A DNA stretch of 64,000 nucleotides from positions 8,682,001 through 8,746,000 of the forward strand of contig NC_086101.1 in NCBI RefSeq assembly GCF_963921235.1. Reading direction: 5' to 3'. A program made the translations under genes and the position numbers. The DNA comes from Mobula hypostoma. Lineage: Eukaryota. This document shows, piece by piece, positions 48,985 to 63,265 of the stretch (its first letter is position 1; each line of letters begins with the position of its first letter). The notes beneath the pieces are model-generated. The model searched no databases and was not told the origin of the DNA. It was given only the letters and a program-made list of their open reading frames with translations.

Positions 48985-50879
48985 ATTCCACAGATTCCAG
49001 GACAAAAATACAAGAGAACAATAGTAGTCGGTTTTATCTCCCAAGTCTTCCGCTCCACACATGAAGTATCACCAACAGTGATCTTCAACGAATATCCTTT
49101 CAACACAAGTGGTACCACACTCGAAATCAGCGACGGGACGTCTCAAAGTGGTGGCCACAGGATACTCAAACGGAATCCACGTATGGATTATCACCAACAG
49201 TAGTCTATCAGTGAGGTACCGTCTTCAAGTGGTAAAACTACCAACCCAGGCAAGGATTATAACACACAAGTAGTTTCCACACAAGATTTCCTCAAACACA
49301 CAACTGTGATAGCGACTTATCCAGTTCCACAACGTACGAAATAACTCCAACAGTGATTTGCACAGGGGTGCCTTTTTCAGTGAACTAACACGCCCAAATA
49401 AGGGTAACACTCAAGTGATATTCAGAAAGGTTTTCCCCTCACCAGAGAACCCACTACATGACAATCACACCTTCGTATTCGAATAGAACTCAAACTCACC
49501 CTTACGGGCTACAGAGGAGAGAGTCCAAACAGTGACCTCTTTGTCACTAGATTTCTTCTGTTTCAAACCTTCCTCTCCCCTCTTCTCTTCCTGCAAACTT
49601 GTTCCAGTTGCAGATGTGACGAAAGAGGGTTACAAAAAGTACACATAGACTAAGATGTTAACTGTCCTGTGCTGGCACCAGTGGGATCAGCAGTTGATCT
49701 GCCACCTGTCTTCAGGAGAAAGAGAGATGAGGAAAACAATGGAGCAGCATCTGGAGATGTTAATGAAGAGACGACAGAGTTTAACGGAAGGAGACATCAG
49801 TCTGGGTATTTGTCAAGATCGGCTCCGTTTGAACCCTGAACTGTTTGAAGTGTGATGGACAGGCGATACCCCAGCAGGGGGATAAAAAGGGACAGGTTTG
49901 CTAAGGCAGGACACACACGACACCACGAGGTAACGAGACCCTGGAAGCGGTGCCCCTCCCGCAAGTCGGTGGGAGTATTTTGGAAGGCTGGTCTCGGGAC
50001 CAAGCCATAGACGCACAGGGTGGAAAGGTACGATCGGCGGGAACCTGGTGTGTGTCCACCCTTGCCTGGGTGCCAGGTTCCCTGCAGCGAAATGATCGTA
50101 TCTGAAACGGAGGGGTCACAGTCAGTGACCTCAGAAGACATTACAAAGGCCTCGCCCGAAAGCTGACTGCGAGGAATATTGAAGGTCTGTGTGGAAGCTG
50201 ATTTGAATATTCATTCGCCTTCGTTGTCTCTCTTCTCCCCCCCCCCCCACTACCCCCGTCCAATGGCACGGCAGTGATTACTGTGAACTGAACTGAACTC
50301 AATTGAACTGAACTTTGCGTCACTTTGAAGCTGGTCATTTACCCCGAGATGACGATGGAGTTTGATTGATCCAACTATCCTAGATCTGTGTACATGTGTG
50401 TTTATTCATTGCTAACCTGTTGCATTTATATCCTTACTATTAGAGTACTGTGTTGCTTATTTCTTTAATAAAACTTCCTTAGTTCCAGTAATCCAGACTC
50501 CAACTGAGTGGTCCATTTCTGCTGGTTGGGCAACCCAGTTACGGGGTACGTAACACAGAAAACTTGTGAGAGTCATTTATCTATACTCGGGATCGATCTC
50601 AACTCACCCCTTTTGGGCTACTGAAAGTTTAAACTAGGACCTCACTCTCTGGTGTCTTTCATTGATCGAATCCATCTTGACTCTGAGCATGTGTTTCTCT
50701 GTGTCTGTAACTGTCCTTGTAAAAAGTAAACACGCTGCAGAGAAATCATAACATCGATTGTCCATCAAATAACCCCGCCCTCGGTCACCATGGCGACCCA
50801 CGAGCTGCTCATTGCTCCCTCTCTCTCTCTCTCTTTTTAAAGGTAGAGTCCATAAGAGATAATTCAAGATCCCGTCATA
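48985..50879 (-). mobile_element. Old LTR-like element (left end unclear), split by a younger LTR
   Basis: Right end (CT)n-TTTTTAAAGG..AGTCCATAA..CGTCATA matches 10600-10655; repeated ACCAACCCAGGCAAGG motif as in 8700-9378. Confidence 0.65.
49615..50555 (+). mobile_element. Solo LTR (941 bp)
   Basis: TGTGAC...GTAACA ends, TSD CAGA (49611-49614, 50556-50559). Confidence 0.9.
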
Positions 50880-52397
50880 CAAATCCCATTGCATCTCTGT
50901 ATTTTGAATCCTTTCCCCATCCAAATAATAGTCTGCCTGTTTATTCTTCCACCAATGTGCATGACCATACACGTTCCAACATTGCATTTCATTTGCCATT
51001 TCTTTGCCCATTCCCCTAAACTATCAAAGTCTCTCTGCAGTCTCTCTGTTTCCTCAACACTACCTGCTCTCGGAGGAGCTGACCAACCCCTCAAAGCAAT
51101 TCATCACAGTGGATGTGAGCTACTGGACAGTAGCAGGTTAGACAGCATCAATAACCGGTCAACGTTCGGACCAAGACTCCATAAAAAATGGAGAATGGGG
51201 AAGAAGCGAGAATATGGTAGCTCGTGGGGCGGGGTGGGAGGGGAGGGAAGGAGTAAAAACTGGCAGGTGAAAGGTGAGACAAAATGAGATGGGCGTGTGG
51301 TTGGGGGAGGCGGTGAATATGAAGCTGGGCAGGTGGAAGAGTTAAAGGGCCGAAGAGGATTGTGATGGGAGTGCACAGTGGACCCATCCCCCCGCCCCTA
51401 GAGGCAGCCACACTGGAGGGTCATCTCAGCTGTGTCTCCACTGGGTTGAGCCGAATCCAACTTGACAACAATGTGCAGAATGGTCACTCATCGCCCTGTT
51501 GTGGTGACTGATGCTGAGATATATCCCAGGATGCGCTGGAGCCCGTCATCAGTAATGTAACCTGCGGTCATCGGGTGTTTTGGGTCTTTCAGGTGACCCA
51601 GTCAAGGACAGTCAGGCCCTGGCTTGTGTCCTTGCATCATGGGTCCACGGTTCATGCCTCTTAAACCGTACACATCTGGAGGCTCACTCAGCAGCCTCTG
51701 AGATGGCCCTGACAGCTCTTTTCTTCGCAGCCCCCGTAATTTCAAGGAAAAAGGTAGTTCAGCATAGCGAGAGGCAGCAAAACAGATACAACCCACCTCT
51801 ATATGCTCACATCATTTCATCCACCCGTCTCTCTACCAGCTTCTGGCATTTGGCTTTCATACATTCAAACCAGATTTCTGTCCCAAGAGAGTGGAAAGGG
51901 AAATACAAGTAGAGCGAACAATAGTAACTGGGTGAGATCAGAGGAAGCTATTTTTGGCACTGGGAATCTGGTCAAAAAAACGCACCAGCACCTCTTCCTC
52001 CTCAGGAGGCCAGAGAAATTCGTCATGTACCTTCATGTCAAGGGTATTGTCATCTGACTGTACATATATACAACCAAATGAAACATCATTCCTCCAGACC
52101 ACGGTGCACTAATATAACATACCTCAGTATATTTTTATTTATTTGAACAATTTATCTTCTTCTGCACATTGCTTTTTTGTCAGTCTTTCTTTATGTAGAG
52201 TTTTCCTGAATTCTATTTTTTTCTTAATTTTCTTGTAAATGCCGGCATAAAAATGAATCTCAAGTTTGTACATATAGGTATTTTAAAATAAATTTTACTG
52301 AACACTCAGTAGTGTTACAGAGGACAACAGGGAGCCATCCCCAACATCCAAGCCAATGTCTATCACAAAAACAACACAGAGCAAAAGAGCCATTTTA

Positions 52398-55300
52398 GAA
52401 CATAGAACATAGAACTACAATGTCATGCTGACCGTGTAACCTACTCTAGAAACTGCCTATAATCTCCCTACTACAAAGTCCTCTGTTTTTCTAAGCTACA
52501 TGAACCAATCTAAGAGTCTCTTAAGAGACCCTATTGTATCCACCTCTACCACCATCACTTGCAGTACATTCCACGTACCCACCACTCTGTGTGTAAAGCT
52601 GACATCCCCCTTGTACCTACTTCCAAGCACCTTAAAAATATGCCTCCTTAGGTTCGCCATTTCGACCCTGGAAATAAGCCTCTGGCTATCCACAAAATCA
52701 ATGCCTTTCATCATCTTATACACCTCTATCAGGTCTCCTCTCATCCTCCGTTGCTCCAAGGAGAAAAGGCCAAGTTCACAATGTATCCTCATAAGACATG
52801 CTGCCCAATCCAGGCAACATCCTTGTAAATCCCCTCTGCACTCTCTGTATAGTATCCACATCCATCCTGTAGTGAGGTGACCAAAACTGAACACAGTACC
52901 CAAGTGGGATCTTACAAAGGTCTTATACAGCTCTAACATTACCTCACAGTTATGTTTAATTTTGAAACTTAATAAAAAGAAAAGAAAGAAAAAAATGTCT
53001 CATTGTAACCTCTGAGAACCCTCCAGACTACCCATAACACCCCCAACATTTGTGTCATCAACAAACTTACTAACTCACCATTCTACTTCTTCATCCAGGT
53101 CATTTATAAAAATCAGAAGAGGAGGGGTCCTGGAACAGATCACTGCTGAATATCACTAGTTACCGACCTCCATGTTGAATATGAACCATCTACAACCACC
53201 TGTGGGCAAGCTAATTCTGGATCCACAAAGCAAGTTATTCTTTGATCCCATGCCTCCTTACTTTCTGAATGGGCCTTACATGGGGAACGTTATTAAATGT
53301 CTCACTGAAATCCATATACACTAAATCCACTGCTCTACCTTCATCAATGTGTTTTGTTACTTTCACAAAGGTTTCAATCAGGCTTGTATGGCATGACCTC
53401 TCCTTGACAAAACCATGCTAACTATCCCTCCAAATGCTCTCTCCAAATGCTTAGAAATCTTGCCCCTCAGGATCTTCTCCAACAATTTGCCCACGACTGA
53501 GATAAGACTCACTGGTTTATAATTTCCTGGGCTAAATCTTCTTCCTTTCCTGAACAGGGGAACAACATTTGCAAGCCTCCAATCCGCTGATACTTCTCCC
53601 ATCCTTTTTGATGATGCAAAGATCATGGTAAGAGGCTCAGCAATCTCCTTCTTCACTTCCTACAGTAGGCTGGGGTATATCTCATCCGGACCCAGCGAAT
53701 TATCTAACTTAATGCTTTCCCAAAGCTTCGGTAAATCCTCTTTCTTAATGTCTATATGCTCAAGTGTTTCAGTCCACTGTAAGTCATCCCCACAATTGCC
53801 AAGGTCCTTTTCCCTGGTGAATACTGAAGCAATGTGTTCATTAGTACCTCCACTACCTCCTCCAATTCCATGCACATGTTTACTAATGTTGCACCTGCTT
53901 GGTCCTATTCTCACATGGTTCATCCTCTTTCTCTTCATGTACTTGTAGAATGCCTTGTGGTTTTCCTGAACCCTGCTTGCCAAGCCCTTCTCATGGCCGC
54001 TTCTTGCTGTCCAAGTTTCAATAAACTCCTTCCTAGCAACTGTGTAATTTTCTAAAGCTTTAACAGTACCTAGTTTCTTGAACCTTTCATAAGCTTTTCT
54101 CTTCTTCTTAACTAGATTTTCTACATCCTTTGTACAACATATTTTTTACTCTACCTCAATGGAACATACCTCTGCAGAACGCCTAATATTTGCCACATTT
54201 GTGCCATGCATTTTCCTGAGAACATCTGCTCCCAATTTAAGCGCCCAAGGTTTTGCTTAATAGCACCATATTTCCCCTACCCTAATGAAATGTTTTCCCA
54301 AATAGTAGGCTCCTATCCTACTCCATATGGTAAAGGAGATAGAACTGTGATCACTTCTAAAATTCTCTCCCACAGAAAGATCTGACACCTGACTAGGTTC
54401 ATTTCCCAATACCAGATCGAGACCAGCATCTCCTCTAGTTGGCTTATCTACATATTGCGTCAGGAAACCTTCCTGAGCACACCTGACAAACTGCACCAAT
54501 TCTACACCCCTTGCTCGAACGAGTTGCCAGTCAATATCAGAAAAGTTAAAATCACCCATCATAGCATCCATATTATTATTCCTCCGTTCCATAATTTGCC
54601 TCCCTGTCTGCTCCTCGATGTCTCTGTTACAATTGGGTGGTTTATAAAAAACACCTTTTAGAGTTATTGCCCCCTTCCTGTTTCTGACTTTCATCCACAA
54701 TGACTCAGTAGACAATCCCTCCATGACTTCCTCCTTTTCTGCAGCCGTGTACTATCCTTCATTAGCAATGCCACACTCACTCCTCTTTTTGTCTCCCTCT
54801 CTGTTCTTTTTGAAACATCTAAAGCCTAGCACACTCAGTAGACATTCCTTCCCCTGAGACATCCAAGTCTCTGTAATGACCACAACATCATAGTTACACA
54901 TATTGATCCAAGCTCTAAGTTCATCTGCCTTGCTTATGATAATCCTTGCCTTAAGTTAGACATATCTCAGACTATCTCGCTGAGTACATCTTTGCTCTGT
55001 CAACTGTCTGTCCTTCCTCACAAACTCCCCACAGACTGTCTCTACTTGTGTGCCAACCACCCCATCCTCTGCCTCTTCACTTCGGTCCCCACACCTCTGC
55101 AAATCTAGTTTAAATCCTCACCAATAGCATTAGCAAACCTGCCTCGCAGGATATTGGTTCCCCTCCAGTTCAGGTGCAACCTGTCCCACTTGTACAGGTC
55201 ACCCCTTCCCCAAAAATGGTTCCAATGATCCAAGAACTTGAAACCCTGCCCTGCATCATCTCCTCAGCCACTCATTCATCTGCACTATCTTCTTGTTCCA

Positions 55301-56115
55301 GCTTGTTGCACCAGGAGTAATCACCATGGAAGCCCTGCTCTTCAGCATCCTTCCTAACTCCCTAAAGTAAATGCACAGGACATCTACCCGTCTCCTGTCT
55401 ATGTCATTGGTACCTATACGTACTGTGACCTCTGGCTTCTCACCCCGCGCACAATCACCCGCCCCCCCCCAAAGAATATTCTGCAACCGCTCAGAGACAT
55501 ACTCGACCTTAGCACCCAGGAGGCAATACACTATCCTGATGTCTCTTTTGCTGCTGCAGAATCTCCGATCTGTCCGCATGACTATTGCTCTGTTTGACTT
55601 CACCCTGTCCTTCTGAGTCTCAAAGCTGACCACTGTGCTATAGGTCTGGCTGCTGCTGCCTTGCCCAGATAGGTCCTCCCCCTCAGCAATATCCACAGGG
55701 GTCTACCTGTTGCTGGGGGGAATGGCCACAGGGAGACCCTGCACTGACTGCTTTCTCCCTTTACCTCTCTAGGTGTTCACCTATCTACTCCCTGAATTTT
55801 GTACTCTGGGTGTAACCACCTGCTCAAATGTCTTATCTATCAATTGCTCTGCCTCCCGGATTTTCCTTAGTTCATCTGACTCCAGCTCCAGCTCCTTAAT
55901 GTGGTCTTTCAGGAGCTGGAGTCGGCTGCACTTCCTGCAAGTGTAGTCATCAGGGAGACAATCAGGTGCCATGGATTCCCACATCCCACAGGAGGTACAT
56001 TCCACTGCCATATCTACCCTGCAGTGTACTATGGGCAACCAAGACCAAATCGGCGATAACAAAAGGAAAAACCTACCCTTCTTACCTGTTTCCTTGGCCT
56101 AAGCCTCTTCTCATC
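52398..56115 (-). mobile_element. Old near-complete CR1, paralogous to 14476-17107
   Basis: 3' tail (AGAACAT)n, ORF2 remnants, ORF1 MAVECTSCGMWESMAPDCLPDD. Confidence 0.85.
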
Positions 56116-59100
56116 GAAGATATATTCCAAATAAGAAGAAATTTTCAAAGGGAAGAAGGACACTACTGTGGCTGACAAGTGAAGTCAGAGCCAAAGTAAA
56201 AGCAAAAGAGAGGGCATACAAGGAAGTCAGGGCTAGAGGGAAGATAGAGGATTGAGGAGCTTTTAAAAACTTACAGGAGGAAACTTACAGGAGGTCATCA
56301 GGAAAGGAAAGATGAATTATGAGAGGAAGCTGCTGACTAATATCAAAGAAGATTCTGAAAGCTTTTTAAAGCATATAAAGGGTAAAGGAGACTCGAGGGT
56401 AGTTATAGGACCATTACAAAATAACACTGGAGATATTGTAACAAGAGATGCAGAGGTGGCAGAGGAACTGAATGCGAAAGAAAAATGTAAAGTTCAGCTC
56501 TATCTGTCAGGTGTACATGACATCTGGAAACATTCAGTGAAAGGTGTTCTTTTGTATCAATGACCTAAACAGTCTGTCTGAGGATTGTGCTGGGATCAGC
56601 CTGCATGTGTTGCCACACTCTGGCACCAAAATAGCATGTCCAAACCTCAACCGTACATCTCTGGGTAGACCAGAACATCGATTTCTCTAATGGTTCACTC
56701 TTCTTTCCTATCTGATTTTTTCTTCTTTATCCCCCGTCAGGAGGAAACTAGACTGCACTCCTATTTCATTTTGAATCAGATGCTGAAAGAACCAAAACAA
56801 AACTGAAAATACTTGAAATCTGCAGCAGGACAGGCAACATTTGAATCAATTCTTGGACTTTAACGTGGAATGCAAACTCTGTTCCTCTCCGCAGAGATCC
56901 TGACTGACCTGTTGTGATTCTCATGCATCTCCTGGATATAAAATGGGTCTAAGACTGAAGATACAGTTATAGAATAGGCAGTTCAAGCAGAGTACCCCTG
57001 TGGCCATTCCCCTCAAAAACAAGAATACCGCTTTGGATACTTTTGGTGGGGGGGGGGGAGACATCCCGGGTGAATGCCATGGCGACCGGGTTACAGGCAC
57101 TGAGTAGGGTTCCATGGTGCAGAGGGGAAGGAGAGAGCAGAAGGGAGTGGTAGTGATAGGGGACTCAATAGTGAGAGGAACAGACAGGAGATTCTGTGGA
57201 CGTGAACGGGACACCCAGATGGTGTGTTGCCTCCCAGAATCCAGGGTCGGGGATGTCACATATAGCGTCCACAACATTTTGGAGAGGGAGGGGGAACAGC
57301 CAGATGTCTTGGTACACATTGTATCAATGACCTAGGAAGGAAAAGCAATGTGGTCTTGAAAAGAGAATTTAGAGACCTAGGTACAAAGCTGAGAAGCAGG
57401 ACTGCCCAGGTAGTAATTTCCGGACTGCTGCCTGTGCCAAGCGCTAGTGAGGGTAAAAACAGGATGATTTGGCAGATAAATGCATGGCTGAGAAGCTGGT
57501 GGAGGGGGCAGGGCTTCAGGTTCTTGGATCATTGGGATCTCTTCTGGGGGAGGTATGACCTGTTCAAAAGTGATGGGTTGCACCTGAACCCGAGGGGGAC
57601 CAATATTCTCGTGGGCAGGTTTGTTATAGCTATTGGGGAGGGTTTAAACTAATTTGGCGGGGGTGTGGGAACCGAAGTGAAGGGACTCAGGATGGTAAAA
57701 AAGTAAAGATAGCGTGCAGTCAGACTGTCAGGAAGGGCAGGGAGGTGATGGGATTTAGTTGCAGCCAACAGGCTGAGTATCAAAACATTAGGGATGCAGA
57801 ATCAGAAAGGATAGCAAATATGGTACTCAAGTGGTTGTATCTAAATGCGTGTAGTATAGGAAACTAAGTGGATGATCTTGTTGCACTATTACAGATTGCC
57901 AGATATAATGTTGTGGCCATCACTGAATCGTGGCTGAAGGATGGTTGTAGTTAGGAGCTGAATGTCCAAGGTTACATGTTATATCAGAGGTGTAGGAAGG
58001 TATGCAGAGGGGATGGTGTGGTTCTACTGGTATCTAATGGCATCAAATCAGTAGAAAGATGTCACATAGGATCAGAAGATGTTGAATCCTTTTGGGTTGA
58101 GTTAAGAAACTACAAGGGTAAAAGGACATTAATGACAGTTATATACAGGCCTCCCAACAGTGGCTGGGAGGTGGAACACAGGTTACAACAGGAAATACAA
58201 AAGGCAAGTCAAAAGAACATGCAGGTCGATCGGGAAAATCAGGTTCGATCTCAAGAGAGTGAGTCGATGAAGGCCTAAGAAATGGCTTTTCAGAGCAGTT
58301 TGTCATAGAGCCTACTAGGGGATCAGCTATACTGGATTGGGTGTAATGTAATGAACCGGAGGCAATTAGGGACCTTAAGGTAAAAGAAACCTTTGAACCA
58401 GTGATCACAATATGATTGAGTTCAACTTGAAATTTGATAGGGAGACAGTAAAGTCTGATGTAGCAGTATCTGGGTGGAGTAAGGGAAATTACAGTAGTAA
58501 TTGTAATGAAAGATGAGTTGACCATAGGAAATTGGAAGGAAGTGCTGGCAGGGATGTCATCAGAGCAGCAATGGTGTGCATTTCTGGAAAAGAATGGGAA
58601 GGTGCAGGGCATGTTTCTTCCAAAAATGAAGAAATACTTCAATGGTAATTTAGTACAACCATGGCTGACAAGGGAAGTCAAAGCTATTGTAAAAGCAAAA
58701 GAAAGAACATACAATAAAGCAAAAATTAGTGGGATTGGGAAATTTTTAAAAACCTACAAAGAGCAACTAAAAAAAAACGTGGTAAGGGAAAAGATTAAAT
58801 ATGAAAGCAAGCTAGTAAATAATGTCAAAGTAGACAGTAAAAACTTTTTCCAAGTATGTTAAAAATAAAAGAAAAATAAGAGTGGATATAGAACCACTAG
58901 AGAGTGAGGCAGGAGGAATAATAATGGGGATCAAGGAGATGGCTGGTGAACTAAATGAGTATTTTGTGTCAGTCTTCACTGGAAGCAGTTACCATTACAA
59001 GAGAGAAGGTGCTCAAAAAACTGAAAGACCTAAAGGTATATAAATCACCCAGACCAAAGAAACTGCACCCTAGGGTTCTGAAAGAGGTAGGTTAGAAATT

Positions 59101-62100
59101 GTGGTGGCATTAGAAATGATCTTTCAAAAATCATTGGACTCTGGCATAGTGATAGAGGACGGGAAAACTGCAAATGTCACACCACTCTTGAAGAAAGGAG
59201 GAAGGCAGCAGAAAGGAAATTGTAGACCAGTTAGTCTGACCTAACTGATTCAGAAGTTGTTAGAGTCAATTTTTAAGGACGAGGTGATGGAGTACCTGAG
59301 ACATAGGACAAGATAGTACAAAGTCAGCATGGTTTCCTTCGGTGAAAATCCTGCCTGACAGACCTGTTGGAATTAGTCATAGAAAAGTACAGCACAGAAA
59401 CAGGCCCTTCAGCCCATTATGTCCATGCCAATTCTTTGAGGCGATTACAAGTAGGATAGATAAAGGGATGCAGTGGATGTGGACTTTCAGAAGACGTTTG
59501 ACAAGGTGCCACAGAAGAGGCTGCTTATTAACTTAGAACCCATGTTATTACAGGAAAGTTACTAACATGGTTAAGAGTATTGGCTGATTGGTAGGAAGCA
59601 GCAAGTGGGAATAAAAAGATCCTTTTCTGGTTGCCTCTCAGTGACTAGTGGTGCTCCGCAGGGCTCGGTGTTGGGACCACTTCTTTTTATGCTGTATATA
59701 AATAATTTGAATGATTAAATAGATGGCTTTGTTGCCCAGTTTGCAGATGCTATGAAGATTGGTGGAGGGGCAGGTAGTGTTGAGGAAACAGGTAGGATGT
59801 AGAAGGACTTGAACAGATTAGGAGAATGGGCAAGAAAGTGGCAAATGAAATACAATGTTGGAAAATGCATGGTCATGCACTTTGGTAGTAGATAAGTATG
59901 AGCAAACTGTTGTGTAAATGGGGGAAAAATTCAAAAATCTAAGATGCAAAGGGACTTGGGAGTCCTTGTGCAGAACACCCTGAAGGTTAACTTGCAGGTT
60001 GAGTCGGTGGTGAGGAAGGCAAATGCCATGTTAGCATTCGTTTCAAGAGGTCTGGAATACAAGAGCAAGGATGTGATGCTGAGACTTTACAAGGCACTAG
60101 TGAGGCCTCACCTTGAATACTGTGACCAGTTTTGGGCCCCTCATCTTAGAAAAGATGCGCTGCCATTGGAGGGGTAGAGAAGAGGAGAGCAGGTTCACAA
60201 GTATGGGGGGGGGGTGAACTCATTGAAACATTTCGAATGTTGAAAGACCTAGGCAGAGTAGATGTGAAAAGGATATTTCCCATGGTGGGAGAGTCTAGGA
60301 CAAGAGGGCACAGCCTCAGGTTAGAAGGGCACCCTGTTAAAACAGACATGCGGAGAAATTTCTTTAGCCAGACGGTGGAGAATTTATGGAACTCGTTGCT
60401 ACATGCAGCTGCGAAGGCCCAGTCGTTGGATTCATTTAACGCACAGATTGATGGGTTCTTGATTGGGCATGGCATCAAAGGGAGAAGGCTGGGAGAAAGA
60501 AAAGGATCAGTCATGATTGACTAGCGGAGCAGACTCGATGGGCCAGATGGCCCAATTCTACTCCTATGTCATGGTCTATCTGATTCAAAGCAGAGATCCT
60601 GACTCTATTTGTCTCATAACAGCTCCTCATGTTCTGCCTGGGCAGCCTGCAACATGGCGGCATAAACATTGAATTCTCAAACTTCTGGTGGTCGCTCCTG
60701 CTCTGTCACTTTCCCTGTTTAATTGTCTCTCTCCTCCTGATTCACCAGCCCCATCACCCTATCACTTCCCCCTCCTCCCCCACCCTCTGTCAGCCCATCA
60801 CCCACAAACTCATCCCCGCCTCTCTCCCTTTATTCCAGGCTCCACTTTCCCCTCTTGTCAGATTCCAGAATCTTCAGCCCTTTGTCACTGACACCTCTCA
60901 CCTCCCAGTATCTGACATATTTCCACACTCCACCCCTCCCTCATCTACCTGTCACCCCCTCACCTGGATCCACCCATCATCTGCCCATTTCCCTCCATAG
61001 ATTTTATCTGACACGCTGGGATACCCAGGTGTTTTGTGTTACGACCACTACATGTCCTGTGTGACCAAGATTCACCCTGACCTCCGTCTCCCAGTCAGCA
61101 CCACCACCACTTGTCCCAGTTACCCTGTCAGTCCGGGTGGACTTTAGCACCCGGGGGAGCCAGGGAGCTCAGGACCCGCCGCCCGTGGCTGCTGCTGAAT
61201 CCGCGGTGTTTCTGTTCCGTTGACGGATGCTGTGAATGAGTTAAAATAAATAGATCAATATCCTGTTTATTACACGCTCTGCACATTTATATTTACACTG
61301 ACGTACTCCTTTTCAATTTTTTATTGATTTCTTACAAAAAGAATACAGAGTACAGGAGGATATACATCATATATCAATTGCAATATATTTGAATCACACT
61401 TATAATCTCATTACTCCATATTCATGCAAATTAAACTGAATCATAATATTGAAAAGTAGTAATTTTATTATCCAAAAAAAAACCCACAACCAAGAAAAGC
61501 AATTTGGTAAAGAAAGAAAAAAAGAAAAAAAATCCTTATCCTATAGTAAAATATATTATTAGCCAACTTCTGCACTTGATAACAAATCAAAGATTTTGAA
61601 AACAATTCAAAGAAGGTACACACAACATGAGAAAGCCTTGCCTTGATTCAGAAATTGAACAACGAATCTTCTCTAAATTGAAGTGTGACATAACATCGCG
61701 TAGCCATTGGGCATGAGTAGGCAGAGCAACATCCCTCCACCTGAGCAACAACGCTCTCCAAGCTATAAGAGAAATAAAAGCCAAAATGTGCAGATCAGGT
61801 GTCTCCAAGGTAATATCTTTTCCTCCAACAATACAGAATATGGCAGTCAAAGGTTTGGTTTAAAATTTACTTTAAAAAGTACAGAAAAAGTTTGAAATAC
61901 ATTCTTCCAGTATTTTTCAAGACTTGGTCACGTCCTGAACATATGAATTAATGAAGCCTCTCCACTGTTACATCTATCACAATAGGGAGATACATACAAA
62001 TAAAAACGAGATAGCTTATCCTTAGTCATATGACCCCAATGGACCACTTTAAATTGTAGGAGGGAGTGACAGGCACACAACGGTGAGGTATTAACCTATT

Positions 62101-62758
62101 TAAAAATTTCATTCCACGTTTCCTCAGAAATTGAAATCTGTAAATCCAGGAGGAGAAGATGGCAACACGACACAGCGTGCAGCAGCTACTCCGGTGATGA
62201 ACATCTGTTATCTGTCAAGTAGGGTGCCGTGCACAATCCTGATTGATGGAGACAGACGTGAGAGCACGGAAGAACATCTGGTTGAACTTCTGAAATGCCT
62301 GTTTCGCTGCCACTGTCGCTGTGTGACCCTGAATCTCGGGAGGGGAAGGCCCTGAGTTGTCGGCTTTGCTTGTTGCTCGGCGGCCAGGGTGGGGTCAAAG
62401 CGCTCGGCAGAGATGGTGCTCGGTGCTCAGTGTCGGAGGCTCGACGTTTTCAGACGGACTCTGAGTCGGCTGTGGTCGGGTGCTTCCAGGGTGCTGCATC
62501 GGCAAGTTTGCGGCGCTGGAGGTTCATGGCGGGGAGAGTTTCTCCCTTCTATCGTCTGCGTGAGATAATGGGCTATCGGGACTTTGAGACTTTTTTTTAC
62601 CGTGCCCATGGTCTGCTCTTTATCAAATTACGGTATTGCTTTGCACTGTTGTAACTATATGTTATAATTATGTGGTTTTTGTCAGTTTTAGTCTTGGTCT
62701 GTCCTGTGGTTCTGTGATACTGGAGAAAGATTGTATCATTTCTTAATGCATGCATTTC
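52757..62758 (+). repeat. Segmental duplication, copy 2
   Basis: Collinear with copy 1 but lacks 17107-20225 and the CR1 at 22457-24282. Confidence 0.9.
56965..60575 (+). mobile_element. Old CR1, paralogous to 21075-26320
   Basis: Same ORF1/ORF2 remnants and shared deletions. Confidence 0.85.
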
Positions 62759-63265
62759 TAAATGACAATAAATGAGGACTGAGTGTCCTCATAATCTAAA
62801 TAAATCTAAATCTAAATAAATCTTGTTCCCAGAGATTTTTAATTTTGTCTAAAGGAACGTTTCTCATTCCCAACAACATACTGTAAATATTAGATATTGA
62901 TGCATTATGAAAAGGTTTCAAATTAAAAATTACATCTAATAAATTCTTATCAGGACTTTCAGGAAATGTGTGCAATTGAGATCACAGAGTCTCTAATTTG
63001 TAAATATCAAAAAAGTGGGTTTTTGGTAAGCTATATTTAGCTGACAGCTGCTCAAACGAAAAGAGACATCCTCCAACAAATAAATGCTGGAAGCATTTAA
63101 TACCCGGTCTATCCCAATCTTTAAAAATTACATCACTCATAGAAGGTTTAAAAAAATAGAAAAAATGGGATTTGAAATAGAAAATCTCAATAAACCAAAA
63201 TATTTTCTAAATTGTACCCAAATCCTCTAAGTATATTTAACTACAAAACGATCATTTAGTTTACT
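61311..63265 (-). mobile_element. L1 3' part, paralogous to 27056 onward (continues past the window edge)
   Basis: Same left TSD (TTACACTGACGTACTCCT, 61293-61310), ORF2 C-terminus and nested retroposon. Confidence 0.85.
62149..62815 (+). mobile_element. Non-autonomous retroposon with (TAAATC)n tail
   Basis: Complete paralog of 27901-28525. Confidence 0.72.

Noticed and set aside
51420..51920. Unassigned segment with short ORFs
   Set aside because: No recognisable domain or splice structure; possibly an old LINE remnant, and it cannot be called without a search.
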